Part shown: positions 39,225 to 58,276 of the stretch, piece by piece | How the letters are laid out: each line of letters opens with the position of its first letter | Position numbering within the stretch: the stretch's first letter is position 1 | Assembly (NCBI RefSeq): GCF_009914755.1 | Contig: NC_060930.1 | DNA: 64,000 nt | Origin: the human T2T-CHM13v2.0 reference genome, Homo sapiens | Strand: one strand, 5' to 3' | The notes under the pieces: generated by a model | Databases searched by the model: none | What the model was told of the DNA's origin: nothing | What the model saw: only the letters and a program-made list of their open reading frames with translations | Made by a program: the position numbers and the translations under genes

Positions 39225-41909
39225 TTACAAGGCCGCAGGAAGGAGAATGTAATAATAATTACATTAACAAACTGGAAGATAACAATCACAGGATCATCTC
39301 AATAAACGCAAAATGTCATTTTACAAAATTTGAACTCTTTCATGAAAAAATACTCAGCAAATTAGGATTAGGAGGAAATTAATTCAACAGAATACATATC
39401 ATACTCAATGGTGAACACCTAAAGCTTTTCCTTCAAGTTGAGGAACAAGATAAGGATGCCCACTCACTGCTTTTATTGAGCATAGTACTGGAAGTCCTGG
39501 CTGGAGCAGTTAGGCAAAAGAAAAAAAAAAGGAACAAAATGCATCCAAATAAGAAATAAAGAAGTAAAATTATTTTTTGTTCACAGATGACCTGATAATA
39601 TACATAGAAAACCTTAATGATATCTCTGACATACATGCACACACACAAAAACTGTTAGAGCCAACAAATTTAGCAAAATTTCAGGATACAAAAATCAGCA
39701 AAAATTAATTACATTTCTATAGACTAACCATTAACTATCACAAATAAGAAAACAATTTTATCTATAATACATGAAAAAGGATAAAATAGCATAAGAATAA
39801 ACTTAAGAGGGCAAAAAACATGTAACTTAAAACTACAAAACATTCTTGAAAGAGAAAAAAGGCACAAATAAATAAGAAAAACACTTTACATTCATGGAAC
39901 ATCAATAAAATGTCCATACTATCCAAAGTAATCTACAGATTCAATACAATCCATACCAAAATTCCAAAGATATTTTTACAAAAATTGAAAAAACAATGCT
40001 GGAATTTATATGGCACCAAAGGATGCCAAATAGCCAAAACATTCTTGAGAAAGAATACAAAATGGGAGAGGTTCCCACTTCCTGACTTCACAGTATATTA
40101 CAGAGCTATAGTAATCAAAAGTGTATGGTGCTGGCATAAAGAAATGTATAAACCAATGAAACATAAGAGGCTGTGAAAAATCCCATGGACACATGGTCAA
40201 ATGATCTTTGAAAAGGGTACCACAAATGCATGTGGAAAATAATCTTCAACAAATGGTCTTCGGAAAACTGGCTATTCACATGCAAAAGAGTGTCATTTTA
40301 TAATGAGCAAGCATTTGGCATATATCTGAAAGATGTCTTGAGGTAGTAGAAAATTCAGAACTTAGCTGAGGTACAGTCACTGAAGATGTCGTTAAATGTA
40401 AAATATTCTATTCTCAACAAGTATGCCACACTGCTTTAATTTACACTATATAATTACACGGCATTAAAATTCTGATACATCAGTCTAGTGGCAAGCCTTA
40501 AGTAGGAACAGATAAATATGTTCAATCTGCTTATGCAACAATTACTCTAATGGGAGTAGGAAATAGTGCATGTTCCCAAGGATTCTCATTATTTTAAGAA
40601 TGTCCCAGGAATTCCCTGTTAGTCACAAGTCAATTCTCTTCCACTAGTAACTGAGAGACGAGAGACCCTGAAAGGCCTTGAATTCCTTTTTCACTAAGGC
40701 TGTTCCTGATGGGAGAGCTTCAGCAACATCTTGGATAGCAAACCTTCTACTGACCATTATATTGACTATAATAACAAAAGAATGAAGACAAATTCACATT
40801 CTAAGGAAGACTCCAGACCACTTTCCACAATATTTTCCACACAGTAGGAAACTATTTTCAAGAAGGTAACCCCTACTCATCATCAAGAATCAATTTGTTC
40901 AGCTCTATGATAATATTTTCAATGAATCAGTAAGACAATCAATAATATGTTTTCTTTTGTTTCTTCTGAAATCCCTTTATTGTATAAGAAATTAATGGTA
41001 TAATTTAAAAAGCAAGGATTTTGAAAATTGAAAAAATTAAATTGGATCTTTGTCTTACACTATACATAAAAATCTACTTAAAGTTGATTAAAGACTTAAA
41101 CTTAACACCCAAACCATAAAACCCCTAGAGGAAAACATGGGGAAAATGCTTCATTAGTTTTGACAATGATTTCTTGGTTATGACACCAAAAGCACAGGCA
41201 ACAAAAGCAAAAATAGACAAGTGGGACCTATGTCAAAAAAAGCTTCTGTGCAGCAAAGAAAACAATTAACAGAGTGAAAAGGAAACCTACAGAATGGGAG
41301 AAAATATTTTCAAACCATATGTTTGATAAGGAGTTAATATCCAAAACATATAAGGAATTTCTACAACTCAATAGCAATGAACAAACACACAAAGCAGACA
41401 AACAAAACCCCAGTATAACCTGATTAAAAAATAGGCAAAAGACTTGAATAGACATTTTTCCAAATAAGACATACAAATGGCCAACAGGTATGTGAAAAGA
41501 TGCTCACCATCTCCAATCATCAGGGAAATGCAAATCAAAACCACAATGAGATATCACTTTATAATTGTTAAGATGGCTATTACCCAAACCAGAAAATAAC
41601 AAGTCTTAGTGAGGAGGTGGAGAAGTGGAAATTTATGAGCACGGTTGGTCAGGATGTAAGATGATGTAGCCACTGTAGAAAACAGTATGGGGGTTTCTCA
41701 AAAAATTAAAAATAGAACTACCATCTGATCTAGCAATACCACTTCTGGGTATTTATCCAAAAGAACTGGAAATAGGATAAATAGGATATAGAAGAGATTA
41801 TTTGCAGTTGGATGTTCATTGTAGCATTATTTGCATTATTCACATCATTCAAAAGATAGAAACAACATAAATGTCCATTAATGGATGAATGGATAAAGAA
41901 AATGTGGTA

Positions 41910-42300
41910 TAGTATGATCTCACTTATATGTAGAATCTAAAAATGTTGAACTCATAGAAATAGAAAGTACAATGGTGATTGCAGAGGCTGGTCAGGGATG
42001 GGGATAGACAGAAAAAAGAAAAACATTGGTCAAAGGGTACAAAGTTCCAATCTGATAAGAGGAATAAATTTTGGTGATCTATTGCACAGCATGGTGACTA
42101 TAGTTAATAATAACATATTTAAAAACAACTAAATGAGAGGATTTTCAATTTCTTACCACAAAGAAATGATAAATATTTGAGGTAATGGATATGCTAATTT
42201 GCTGAATTTGATCATTCCACAAAGTATACATGTATCAAAACACTACATTGTACCTGATAAATATATACTATTATTACCTGTCAATTAAATATATAATAAA
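41910..42300 (+). mobile_element. L1MA-type 3' end nested within the 3' part of the older L1
   Basis: atgatctcacttatatgtagaatctaaaaa...gatctattgcacagcatggtgactatagttaata...gtcaattaaa; the host sequence resumes after 42310. Confidence 0.72.
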
Positions 42301-42697
42301 AAAGGAAAACGATATATGTGTAGATATTATGGAATATTCAATTTTTTAAAAGAAAGAAATCTTTCATATGGTACAACATAGATGAACCTTGAGGACTTTA
42401 TGATAAATGAAATAAGCCAGCCACAGAGTACAAATACTGTATGATTCCACTTAAATAAGGTATAGAAAGTAAACTCATAGAAGCAGAAAGTAGTCAGAGG
42501 TTGCGGGGAGAGAGAAATGAAAAGTTGCTCTTCAATGACTATAGAGTTTCAGATAAGAAGAAAAAGTTCTAGAGATCTGTTCCATAATAATGTGTATATA
42601 ATTAACAGTAATTAGCAATAATGTGTATATAATTAACTGTACACATAAAATTTTGTTGCTTAGTAATAGTTGCAATAGAATAAAGGAAAACATCATA

Positions 42698-42778
42698 AAT
42701 CACGTTCAGCACATGTATCCCAGAACTTAAAGTAAAAAAACAAAACAAAACAATAAATCAGATTAGAAATAAAAAAAA
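42698..42778 (+). mobile_element. Very short L1PA 3' tail with extra 3' sequence
   Basis: cacgttcagcacatgtatcccagaacttaaagtaaaa; TSD gaaaacatcata at 42686-42697 and 42779-42790. Confidence 0.88.
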
Positions 42779-42809
42779 GAAAACATCATATAAAATGTTG
42801 TGAGACCAC

Positions 42810-43042
42810 ATAGTTTTGGTTAAAAGCATGGACTATCTAGCTAGAATGTCTGGGTTTGAATCCCCAAATAGCTGTGTGATCTTGGGCAGGAAACTCATCC
42901 TCGTGCTTTATTTTCCTTCTCTGTATTTGAAGATAATAATAGTATTTACTTCATATTTTTTGGTAACAATTAAATAATTTAAAATATGAAAAGTGCTTAG
43001 AACAGTGTCTGGAACATAGTATTACATATTTTAGCTATTATC
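42810..43042 (+). mobile_element. MIR
   Basis: tggttaaaagcatggact...ctgggtttgaatcc...gctgtgtgatcttgggcag...aaagtgcttagaacagtgtctgg. Confidence 0.8.
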
Positions 43043-45273
43043 AGAATTAAGAATAAATTTTTACTTTTTACTTTCAAAATTACCAGAAAAACCTCCAAAT
43101 TAATACAGGTGTTTTTTCTTATCCAACCTAGAATATCACATTTGAGATTTAACCCCTTTGGTGTCAATCTGGCTTTGTTTTGGGTTTATGTACTGAAAAA
43201 TACTATTTTGTACATAATGATTCTTTGAATATACTTAACAATCCCTACTAAATTATAATGAGTAGAGGCAGTGCTAGAACCTATTTTGATATTTTGTGCC
43301 AAAGTCCGTGACTCTTAAAATTAAATAGCTTCAGCTCACAAAATTTTCAGTTCTTATATCTTTATTCCACAAACCTCCATCATCCTCCTACTGTAATAAT
43401 AGAGGAAAAGGCAGTAGAAAACATGCAGTAGAAAAGCCACTTAGGTGCTCTTTCTCAGACAAGATCCTGCCAGAACTTGGAGAGAAAGGGCATGTGCCAT
43501 AGAGGTTGGGCCCTGAAGGCTGTAATATACCGTAACTCTGGGACTGAAGTGTGTCTGAGAGAATCTCACCACATATAGCCTCCACAAGCGTGACCAAATT
43601 GAGCTTTGGGGTTAACACAAGTTAGAAGGTAGCAGTGATTCACCCAGGCTTAGGAGCACTTGAATTGGGCTGAACTTAAGGAGGCAGAGTTATAAAAGCA
43701 TGTGACAGCTCCTGTAGCGGCAGCAGGGAACAGCCACCGAGGCTTTAGAGTGCCTACATGCATTCTCTCTTTACCACCCTAAAATTATCCAGATTATTTT
43801 CCATTGAAATAATAAATTCTACTCCCCTGTGTGTGCATGTGCAACTTGCAGCATTCTGATCGGTATTTCATTTCGTCAGCCTAAAGGGCAAGGTAACTGG
43901 TTTGTCAAAGAGGCTATAAATATGTCATATTTAACATTTTCAACAACAAAAAGATATTTATTGAGCACTTACTGGATTCTATGTGTTAAAAATGTGATTC
44001 ATTAATGTAGAAGTTGGTAGCATATTTTATGCTATTCATAAGAAAATACAGATCTTTCAATATAAAAAATGGGCAACTATAAGGAGTTAATAAAGATGTA
44101 GTCATACTGAATGCTTTACATTTTTCACTATGAGTCATTCATATATTTTCTACTGCTTGAATATTCCATGTCTTAAATCTAAATAAGTGGCCCTCTCGGG
44201 ATCTAGAATGACTTTTTAAAACATAAAAACAATTTTATTCCTACCCTAACAACCCACTTGAACAATTTTGAGTTGGCTGCAGTAGCAAATGAAGATCAGT
44301 ACAGTGCATTATAAAGGGACACAAAAGTGCTGGGAAACAGAGCCTGAGATAGAGCCTCCTTTCTTATCACTATAAAATTCTGGTCAAATAAGATACTCAG
44401 CATCCTTCAGCTGTAGAAAAGAGATAATCATTCTACCTTTTCAGGGTTCTTGCAGATATTGAATGAGATAATATTTAAGGCCATAATTTGGAAAATACAA
44501 TGTGCTTATACAAATGTTAGATGTTATTATGTGCTTCTTTTGGATGCCTATATATACTCAAGAGACTATATAGAAGAAATGAAAATAAAATGAAATTTCC
44601 AATTCATTAAGGCAGTGCATAGTGGCTGCTTTAATGTCTACTAAAATTAGATCTCTAATTATACAGATTAATTCTCCATGATGATCAAATGAACTAGGAA
44701 TTTTTATCATGAATGTATTGCAATAAAGTTATACTAAGAAAAATGTAACCAACCACATCATTAAAACAGAAAGAATTCAGCAAATTGCCTGGTCTCTGGA
44801 GGGATAGACATTCTCTTTTCTTTTAATTTAGACTCATTCAATGTTTCTAAGAGAAATTTTCTGGCCAATGCAAATCTGGAAGACTGGGAACGGCCTTTTT
44901 TAACAGTGCAAGTACTATCATATCCTATAAAAACACAAGTTTTTAAAAAATTGTCATATTTTGCCAATCTTTCCCCACTCTGGAGCTGTCTTTTTTTTTT
45001 TTTTTTAAAGTCAAGCACAATGTATTAAATCCAAAGTGTGAAAGGAAAATCAGTTTATTGTTAAATTTGATAAAACTTTGATAGTGACAGGCAACATTAA
45101 ATATATTTAATCATCCCTAAAGCATGAGTTGAATTTTCTGGTGCTTTGTTGAGAGTTTTTACAAGGAATCTGTTCAATTAAGAAATATGATTACTGCTTA
45201 GTAACATAAAAAATACTTATCTGAAATACTGAGGGCACAATTAGTGTTTGGAACTGGATATTTGCATACCTAC

Positions 45274-45382
45274 CTGAGAGGCATGGGAAATCTCTGTGTC
45301 TTTCTTCTGTACTGGAGGTTTTCCATCTGCAGTCATTTCAATCATACAAACAACTCCAGGGCTGCCAACAGGCGTTGTGTAG
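45274..45382 (-). CDS. EYS: EYS internal coding exon, 109 nt (probably exon 34), part of a laminin-G domain
   Basis: Acceptor cttctgttttacgtttag|C and donor TCTCAG|gtaggt. One base plus 36 codons, YTTPVGSPGVVCMIEMTADGKPPVQKKDTEISHASQ; joins in phase 0 to the exon at 30582-30802, as in EYS as I recall it. Absent from the ORF track. Confidence 0.95.
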
Positions 45383-46314
45383 CTAAACGTAAAACAGAAG
45401 AGGCCATTATGATATGTGTTTTTGGCAAGAAAGGAGTAACTTCACACATGGATAGTAAGTACTTCTTCATTGAGAGAGGTACTTTCTGGATCACAACAAT
45501 CCTGAAATATGGACCCAGCCAAGTGTGGACATTTTCAAGTAGATAAAAGATGTATTTCTTTTCTAACACTGCGTTTTATTTTCCTTCTCTCCTACTGACT
45601 TTAAAATTGGACATGGAATGCTTTCAGAAAGTTAAACCTCCCACAAAATAAAAAGAGCTTCATGTGTATAAGTAGATATTGACAAATTTTAAGTGCTAAC
45701 TGTGGTTGACATATGGTCTCCCTCATGTAGGAGATTGTTGGACCAGTAACATCAATGTTAAATGATGCTAAACTCCCTAGGTAGAATTTCCCCTCCCTGG
45801 CCTACAGGGAAATTGAAATGGAATAAGAAATGAAAGGCTGCATACCCCTGAGCAGAGAGATTACACTGTGATACAGTTATCAGAACTCAGAAAGCATGCC
45901 GCTAATGTATCGGCTGGTACTGTATCTCAGAGATAAAAGCATAAGGTTAAGGGAGTTTGTAGAATGAATAGCAAAAATGGTGAATACACAACTGAAAATT
46001 TATCAGAGTTTATAGAATGATGCAATCATATGAAAAGGTACATATACTAAGGTACTTGGCATATTTTTTAAGCAGCTTATTTAGAGTTTTAAAGAAAATT
46101 CAAACAATATTACCCTGGCACCTGCCATATTGTATCAACAGTAACTTGCACTGTTATAAAGTTTATTTCGTAGGGACAATACAAATATGTTCGCTGATAT
46201 TAACAGTGGCTGTTTCTGCATACTGAGAGTGTGGGTGATTTCATTTCTCATTTTTGCTTATTTGTATTTTTTAAATTTTGGACAACGATCAGACTTATTT
46301 TTTATTTTTTATTT

Positions 46315-46760
<446 letters not shown>

Positions 46761-47069
46761 TTATTTTTAAAACAAAAAGTCAATTTTATTAAACAATTAT
46801 TGGTTAAATAACTTAGTAATATTTTTTCTTAAAATAACTTTGTTGACTTAGTTGAATGAAAAAACAAAAAACAAACCCTAAGCTTCCTCTTTCCCTTACC
46901 CCTCTTAAAGGCGCAACTGTGGGCTGGTTCCTTCTCCTTGCCTACTAGGTAATAAGAATCTGATATGATCCTTCCAGTAAATTATTCCACGGCTGTTTTG
47001 GCTTCCACTTTAGCTTACCAAGGTCATTTCTAATTCTGATCAGGTCACTGTTAAAAATTCTTGAATTCT

Positions 47070-47118
47070 GGCCAGGCGCGGTGGCTCAGGCCTGTAATGC
47101 CAGCACTTTGGGAGGCCA
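47070..47118 (+). mobile_element. Alu 5' stub (first ~49 nt only)
   Basis: ggccaggcgcggtggctcaggcctgtaatgccagcactttgggaggcca, preceded by an L1-endonuclease-type tt/aaaaa site. Confidence 0.92.
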
Positions 47119-47120
47119 CC

Positions 47121-47153
47121 CTTAGGTGCTCTTTCTCAGACAAGATCCTGCCA
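47121..47153 (+). repeat. Perfect 33-bp direct copy of 43440-43472
   Basis: cttaggtgctctttctcagacaagatcctgcca occurs identically at both positions. Confidence 0.97.
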
Positions 47154-48062
47154 AATTGTGTCATAAGAAACAAAAAAAACTCTATAAACAAATGAGATAT
47201 TATGTCACATAAATCATTTGAGGAAAAGCCTAAGAGCATATCCCTTATGCCTCTCAAGTATTGCTGAGGCCAGCCTAGTCTAATGATTTAAAGACTTAAG
47301 GATCATATTCTGAGATAATCCGTTGACTGGCTGAGTGATCTTAGGCAAACCACTTAACCTTTCTTCCCTGAAGTGTGATTATGTACAGAAGGGAGATAAT
47401 CATTCTAAGCTCATAAATGGTTAGTGAGAATCACATTATTTAATGTACATAAATCATTCAGTGCTAATATTAAAATCCAAGTTAAAGCAATTATTTGCTG
47501 ACTAGACAGGGATCTCTAAGGAGATTTTTGTAAAAATAAATTACACAGTCAAGTTGAATTGTTCATCCACTTCTACTAATATTGCTCATAATGGAATTCA
47601 AAATCAAATACTCAAGTTGCGTTATTTTAAAAACTGAAACTCAATGCAACCGACTTTTTTTTTCAGTGTCCTTAACATTTTTGCACTTTAGATTTATAAT
47701 TTTTAGGTATGCTTAGCAATATTGGTGGAAACATTCTGATTTGGAAAAGACAATTTATTTGTAGATTTTTAGAAGACCTGCCCAAATGGAAGTTCAGGTT
47801 ATCTAAAACAAATGAAAAGGCTGCAAAAAGGTAAAAAAAGAAGAGTTCATTGCTTAATTAATTAAATCAAGTAATTTAAATAATTCATCCAGCTCTTAAA
47901 CAAGAGTTATAGAATAATAGTAACACAGAAAGATATTTGCGTGAAATAGAAAAAGGGATACATGTAATTTACATTACATAATATAATTTTAATAAAAATA
48001 TGCATAGGATAATACCAGAGCTACTTTTACTAATATCAACAGTGGCTATCTCTGTATCCTGG

Positions 48063-48890
48063 TGATATGGGAGGCAGGCAGGGAAGTGCTGGGTAGAGAA
48101 GGGCAGGGTCCCTGGCAAGGGCTCCACCCTTTGGCCTGTGCCTGAGAAACTAAATGAGAATAGGCACTCATGTTTTCATGCACAAATGTTGCATTTTCCA
48201 AGACCACTCTGGCTCACCATGTCCCCTATCCTATGCCCATATAAACCTGAGACATTAGCAGGCACACACAGAATCAGCTGATTGTCGACACCAGCAGACT
48301 AGCAGACCAGCCACGGTGGAACAATGTAGCAGAGAAAGAGAGAATAGGAGGGATGTCTGGATGCCAAGGGGAGTTTGGCTGGGGGCTGTCAGAGAAGAGT
48401 CCAGCCCCTGGGTGGCCCAACTCCAGGGGAAGACCATCTTCCCACTCCATCCCCTCTTTCAGCTCCCATCCGTCTTGCTGAGAGCCACCTCCACCACTCA
48501 ATAAAACCTTGCACTCTTCCTTTGAGCCTGTGTATGATCTGATTCTTCTGGGACACTGGGCAAGAGCTCAGGATACAGAAGGCTGTCACACTGGCCCCCT
48601 GCCCTTGCAGTAAAGCAGAGGGCCCACTGAGCTGATTAACACACAAGCCATCCACAGATAGCAAAGCTAAAGGAGCACACTGTAACACATGCCCACTTGG
48701 GTTTCGGGAGTCACAGACTCCCACCCCTAGATGCTACCGCAGGGCCAAGAGCCCAAAGCACTCACCCTAGCCTCTGTACCTGCCCATCTGCATGCTACTT
48801 CTAGGGGTTTGAGCTGCAGGGTGACCAAACAGGGGAGGCACATCCCTGTCACATGTCCTGTGAGGGGAATCTGGGAACTTTCCTGCTTCA
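48063..48890 (+). mobile_element. ERV1 solo LTR (LTR1 family)
   Basis: TGATATGGGAGGCAGGCAGGGAAGTGCTGGGTAGAGAAGGG...TTCCTGCTTCA; AATAAA ~48500; flanks ctgg/gtgg. Confidence 0.85.
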
Positions 48891-48910
48891 GTGGGAATGA
48901 AGATGATTTT

Positions 48911-49041
48911 GTGTGTGTGTATATAGAGATAGGGTCCCACTATGTTGCCCAGGCGGGTCTTGAACTCCTGGGCTTAAGTGATCCTCCTGCCTTTCCCTCC
49001 CAAAGAGCTGGGATTATAGGCATGAGCCTCTGCGCCTGGCC
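48911..49041 (-). mobile_element. FLAM / Alu monomer
   Basis: Single Alu arm; TSD tga(a/g)gatgatttt at 48898-48910 and 49042-49054; tail degenerated to (TG)n. Confidence 0.88.
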
Positions 49042-49231
49042 TGAGGATGATTTTTAAATTGTGTCTTTTGCTTATTTGTATTTTCTAAATTTTGGACACT
49101 GAACATATGTTTTTTAATCTTATCTCTTAAGACAAAAATTCAGCTTTCATTAAAAAACAAGAATTAAAGAATTTTCCAATATTTTTCTGTTGTTTCCTGG
49201 ATTCCATGCCTTCCTTTCAGGTTCACCTATA

Positions 49232-49811
49232 TACATAATAGCCAAGATTTGGAAGTAACCTAAGTGTTCATCAATAGATGAATGGATAAAGAAAATGTGG
49301 TAGATATACACAATGGAGTACTGTTCAGCCATAAAATAGAATGAGATCCTGTCATTTGCAACAACATGGATGGAACTGGAGGTCATTATGTTAAGTAAAA
49401 TAAACCAGGCATAGAAAGACAAACTTTCTCACTTGTTTGTGGGAGCTAAAATTTAAAACAACTGAACTCATGAAGATAGATAGAATGGTTACCAGAGGCT
49501 GAGAAGTGTAGTAGGGGTCTGGGGGGTTGGAACGATTGTTACTGGGTACAAAAATATAGTTAGAATGAATAAGATCTACTATTTGATAGCACAATAGGGT
49601 GACTATAGTCAATAACAACTTAATTGTATGCTTTAAAATAAATAATATGATTGGATTAATTTGTAACACAAAGGATACATGCTTATGTTGATGGATACCC
49701 CATTTAAACTGATGTGATTTACACATTGTGTATCTGTGTCAAAACATCCCATATACCCCATAAATATAGACATCCACTATGGACCCACAAAACTTAAAAA
49801 TTAAAAAAAAA
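49232..49811 (+). mobile_element. L1MA2/3-type 3' end
   Basis: gagatcctgtcatttgcaacaacatggatggaactggagg...tttgatagcacaatagggtgactatagtcaataa...A-rich tail. Confidence 0.88.
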
Positions 49812-49876
49812 TTCCTCAAACTTTGGAAAATTTTTACCTGAATCATCTTGAATATTGCTTTTTGGTATTCTCTGAA

Positions 49877-50251
49877 TGATATGGTTTGGCTGTGTTTCCA
49901 CACAAATCCCATCTTGAATTGTAGTTCCCATAATCCCCACATGTCATGGGAGGAACCCAGTAGGAGGTAATTGAATCATGGAGGTGGTTACCTCCATGCT
50001 GTTCTTGTGATAGTGAGTCAGTTCTCATGAGATCTGATAGTTTATAAAGGGCTTTTCCCCCTCTTTGCTCTTCACTTCTCCTTCCTGCCATCACATGAAG
50101 AAGGACATGTTTGCTTCCCCTTCTGCCATAATTGTAAATTTCCTGAGGCCTCCCCAGCCATGCCGAACTGTGAGTCAATTAAACCTCTTTCCTCTATAAA
50201 TTAGACAGTCTGGGACAGTCCTTTATAGCAGCATGAGAATGGACTAATACA
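49877..50251 (+). mobile_element. THE1 solo LTR
   Basis: TGATATGGTTTGGCTGTG...GGACTAATACA; TSD ctgaa/cagaa. Confidence 0.93.
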
Positions 50252-50662
50252 CAGAACACTGAAATCTCTACTTGTAGAACTTATGTTAGACATTTTTTGG
50301 AAGCCTGTTAAGCAGTCCTCTAAATTTCTTAATCTCGCTTTTACTCTTAAAAAAATCTTCCCTTATTTTTTTCTGTCTGACATTCTTCTTAGGTATCATT
50401 TTTTTCTTCAACTGTTTTTAGACTAGAGTTTATCCTATCTACTGAGTTTTAAATGTCTATGAATTTTTTTATTCTCAAGGTTTTGAATATATTTCTTTTT
50501 TGTGTTTTATTTCTGCCTGTTATGCTTTTATAACTTTTCCCCATATTTTAACTAATATTTTAATATACTTTCTTATAAAATGTTATTTTTATTGGAAAAT
50601 ATTGGAATTCAGTTTCCACTCTTTAAATAAGGAGCAATAAGTATTATCAAAGTTTGAATCAC

Positions 50663-56600
<5,938 letters not shown>

Positions 56601-58194
56601 GGGGGGGGGTGGTGGTGTGGAGAGAAGGGGGACAGGGCTGTGGCCTGTAATTTCTCTTTTTAAATAGTAAAATTATTCCTTCATTTATGCTTTCTAGTGT
56701 TTTAAAAATACTTTAGAGTTTTTTCAGGCCCTTTCATAAAAATTGTCTTATCTAGAATGATTCCTGTTCCATTGTTGGTTTTCTTGGTTCCTTTTCCAGT
56801 ATCTTTATGGGTTCTGATATTGTACTGTGCAGGCCCATTTTGAATGGGAGGTATGTTTCTTTTTCTCTCTTTTTGTGTACTCCCATTCTTCATGTCCTGT
56901 GTTCTTCTGCTGTGCCCAACCCTACCTGCTGAATGAGAAACGTACCTGATCTTTTGACACTGAAACCGGAATCTTCGCTAAAAGGTATTTGGTAGTTCTG
57001 TCCTACAATGATACTGGAAATATTCACAGGTCCATTCACAGAGCTGACAGACTGCTTGGCATAATTCAGGTCATGATACTTTGATTGCATTCTGTTCTCT
57101 TCCTGGGCTGGCAGCTTGCTAAAAGTCAGAATTCCAGATGGCAGCCTTTCTCTTTTTCTGAGTATATATATATGAATATATTTATATTCCCTTATATATT
57201 TTATTTATCTTTATAAACCTATATCTATATCAGATCTTTCACAAATCTTTTTGAGCAAATAGTTTTAGTTCCTTTTACCTTACAGGAGATAAGCTTTTCT
57301 ATTTCTAGATTTATATCTTAGCAAGTATGTACTCTTACCTTCTTTGCTGCTTTGCATATTTGTCTATTTCTTGTCTAAAGATATGTTTGTCTTGTTTTTG
57401 AACTTGCCTTCATGTTTTCAGTTTTCTTCCTTTATTTTTTCTATCACTGCTAGCACATAAAAGTGTGAAGTTACAGAGTCATCTTGACCCGAAATCCCCC
57501 ATTTTCTTTTTTTATTATGAGAAAACACAAAAATGAAAGATCAAACTAAGTTCTTGCCTTTGAAGGGACATGTACATAGAAAATTGTCTTTAATTTGTGA
57601 GAGGTAGGATGAAAAAAAAGTTAACCAAGCCATTTGGAAGTGCCTTCATGATTTTGCAGTCTTTAAATTTGGAAGGACTAATTTCTTTGGCTTTTCTATC
57701 TCAGGTTTGTTTTGTGCTATAGGCATTTGAATGCATCTGTCTCATATTTTTTTTTCCAGTGGTATATTTCAAAAGCACATAAGTAAAGTAGTTTGTTTTT
57801 TTTTTTTCCAGAGAGAAATAGAACGTATGGATTTTTTTTTCTTTTTAAGGTACCTATGTTTTATTTGTCAAATCTGGTGGTTATATGAGTTATTGGCATC
57901 AAACCATAATGAAATTAAATGCTTTAAAGCAGTATCTCATTGCTGGGCTGAAGGTGTGTGAAACCTAGTTCATGTATAATTGCAGCATGAAGCCATGATG
58001 TAACAGTAAGAAAACTGAACAGCACCAACTGCTTCTAGGGAATACTGCAAAATTGATGATGATACTGAATGCTTTCACAGGTGCAAAACATAAATGTTCT
58101 TTTCTCTTGTCTTTAGGCTTGGCAATTACCCAACAATAACACTGGCTTGTTTATTTTAGATTTTGGGCATGCATTAACATTGCTAATAAGTTTT

Positions 58195-58276
58195 TCCTCT
58201 CCTCTCCTCTCCTCTCCTCTCCTCTCCTCTCCTCTTGTCCCCTCACCCCCTCCCCTCCTTTCCTTTCTTTCCTTTC
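58195..58276. repeat. (CCTCT)n pentanucleotide microsatellite with a pyrimidine-rich tail
   Basis: About 8 perfect CCTCT units followed by degenerate C/T sequence. Confidence 0.95.

Larger units (their letters stand above)
36400..42660 (+). mobile_element. Ancient near-full-length L1M (5' UTR, ORF1, partly deleted ORF2, L1MB-like 3' end) with nested insertions
   Basis: Start caagatggcagaatagga; ORF1 remnant 37708-37974 (ILELK..QAEERI); ORF2 remnants 39250-40290 and 41035-41900; 3' UTR 42310-42660. Confidence 0.85.

Noticed and set aside
42586-42637. 21-bp direct repeat with a spacer, superficially CRISPR-like
   Set aside because: Only two copies inside an L1 3' end in primate DNA; an ordinary local duplication, like those at ~30200-30238, ~31330-31390 and ~51479-51500.
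45244-45569. Overlapping ORFs 45244-45546 (+) and 45342-45569 (-)
   Set aside because: They are antisense or off-frame to the real 109-nt exon and have no recognisable protein features.
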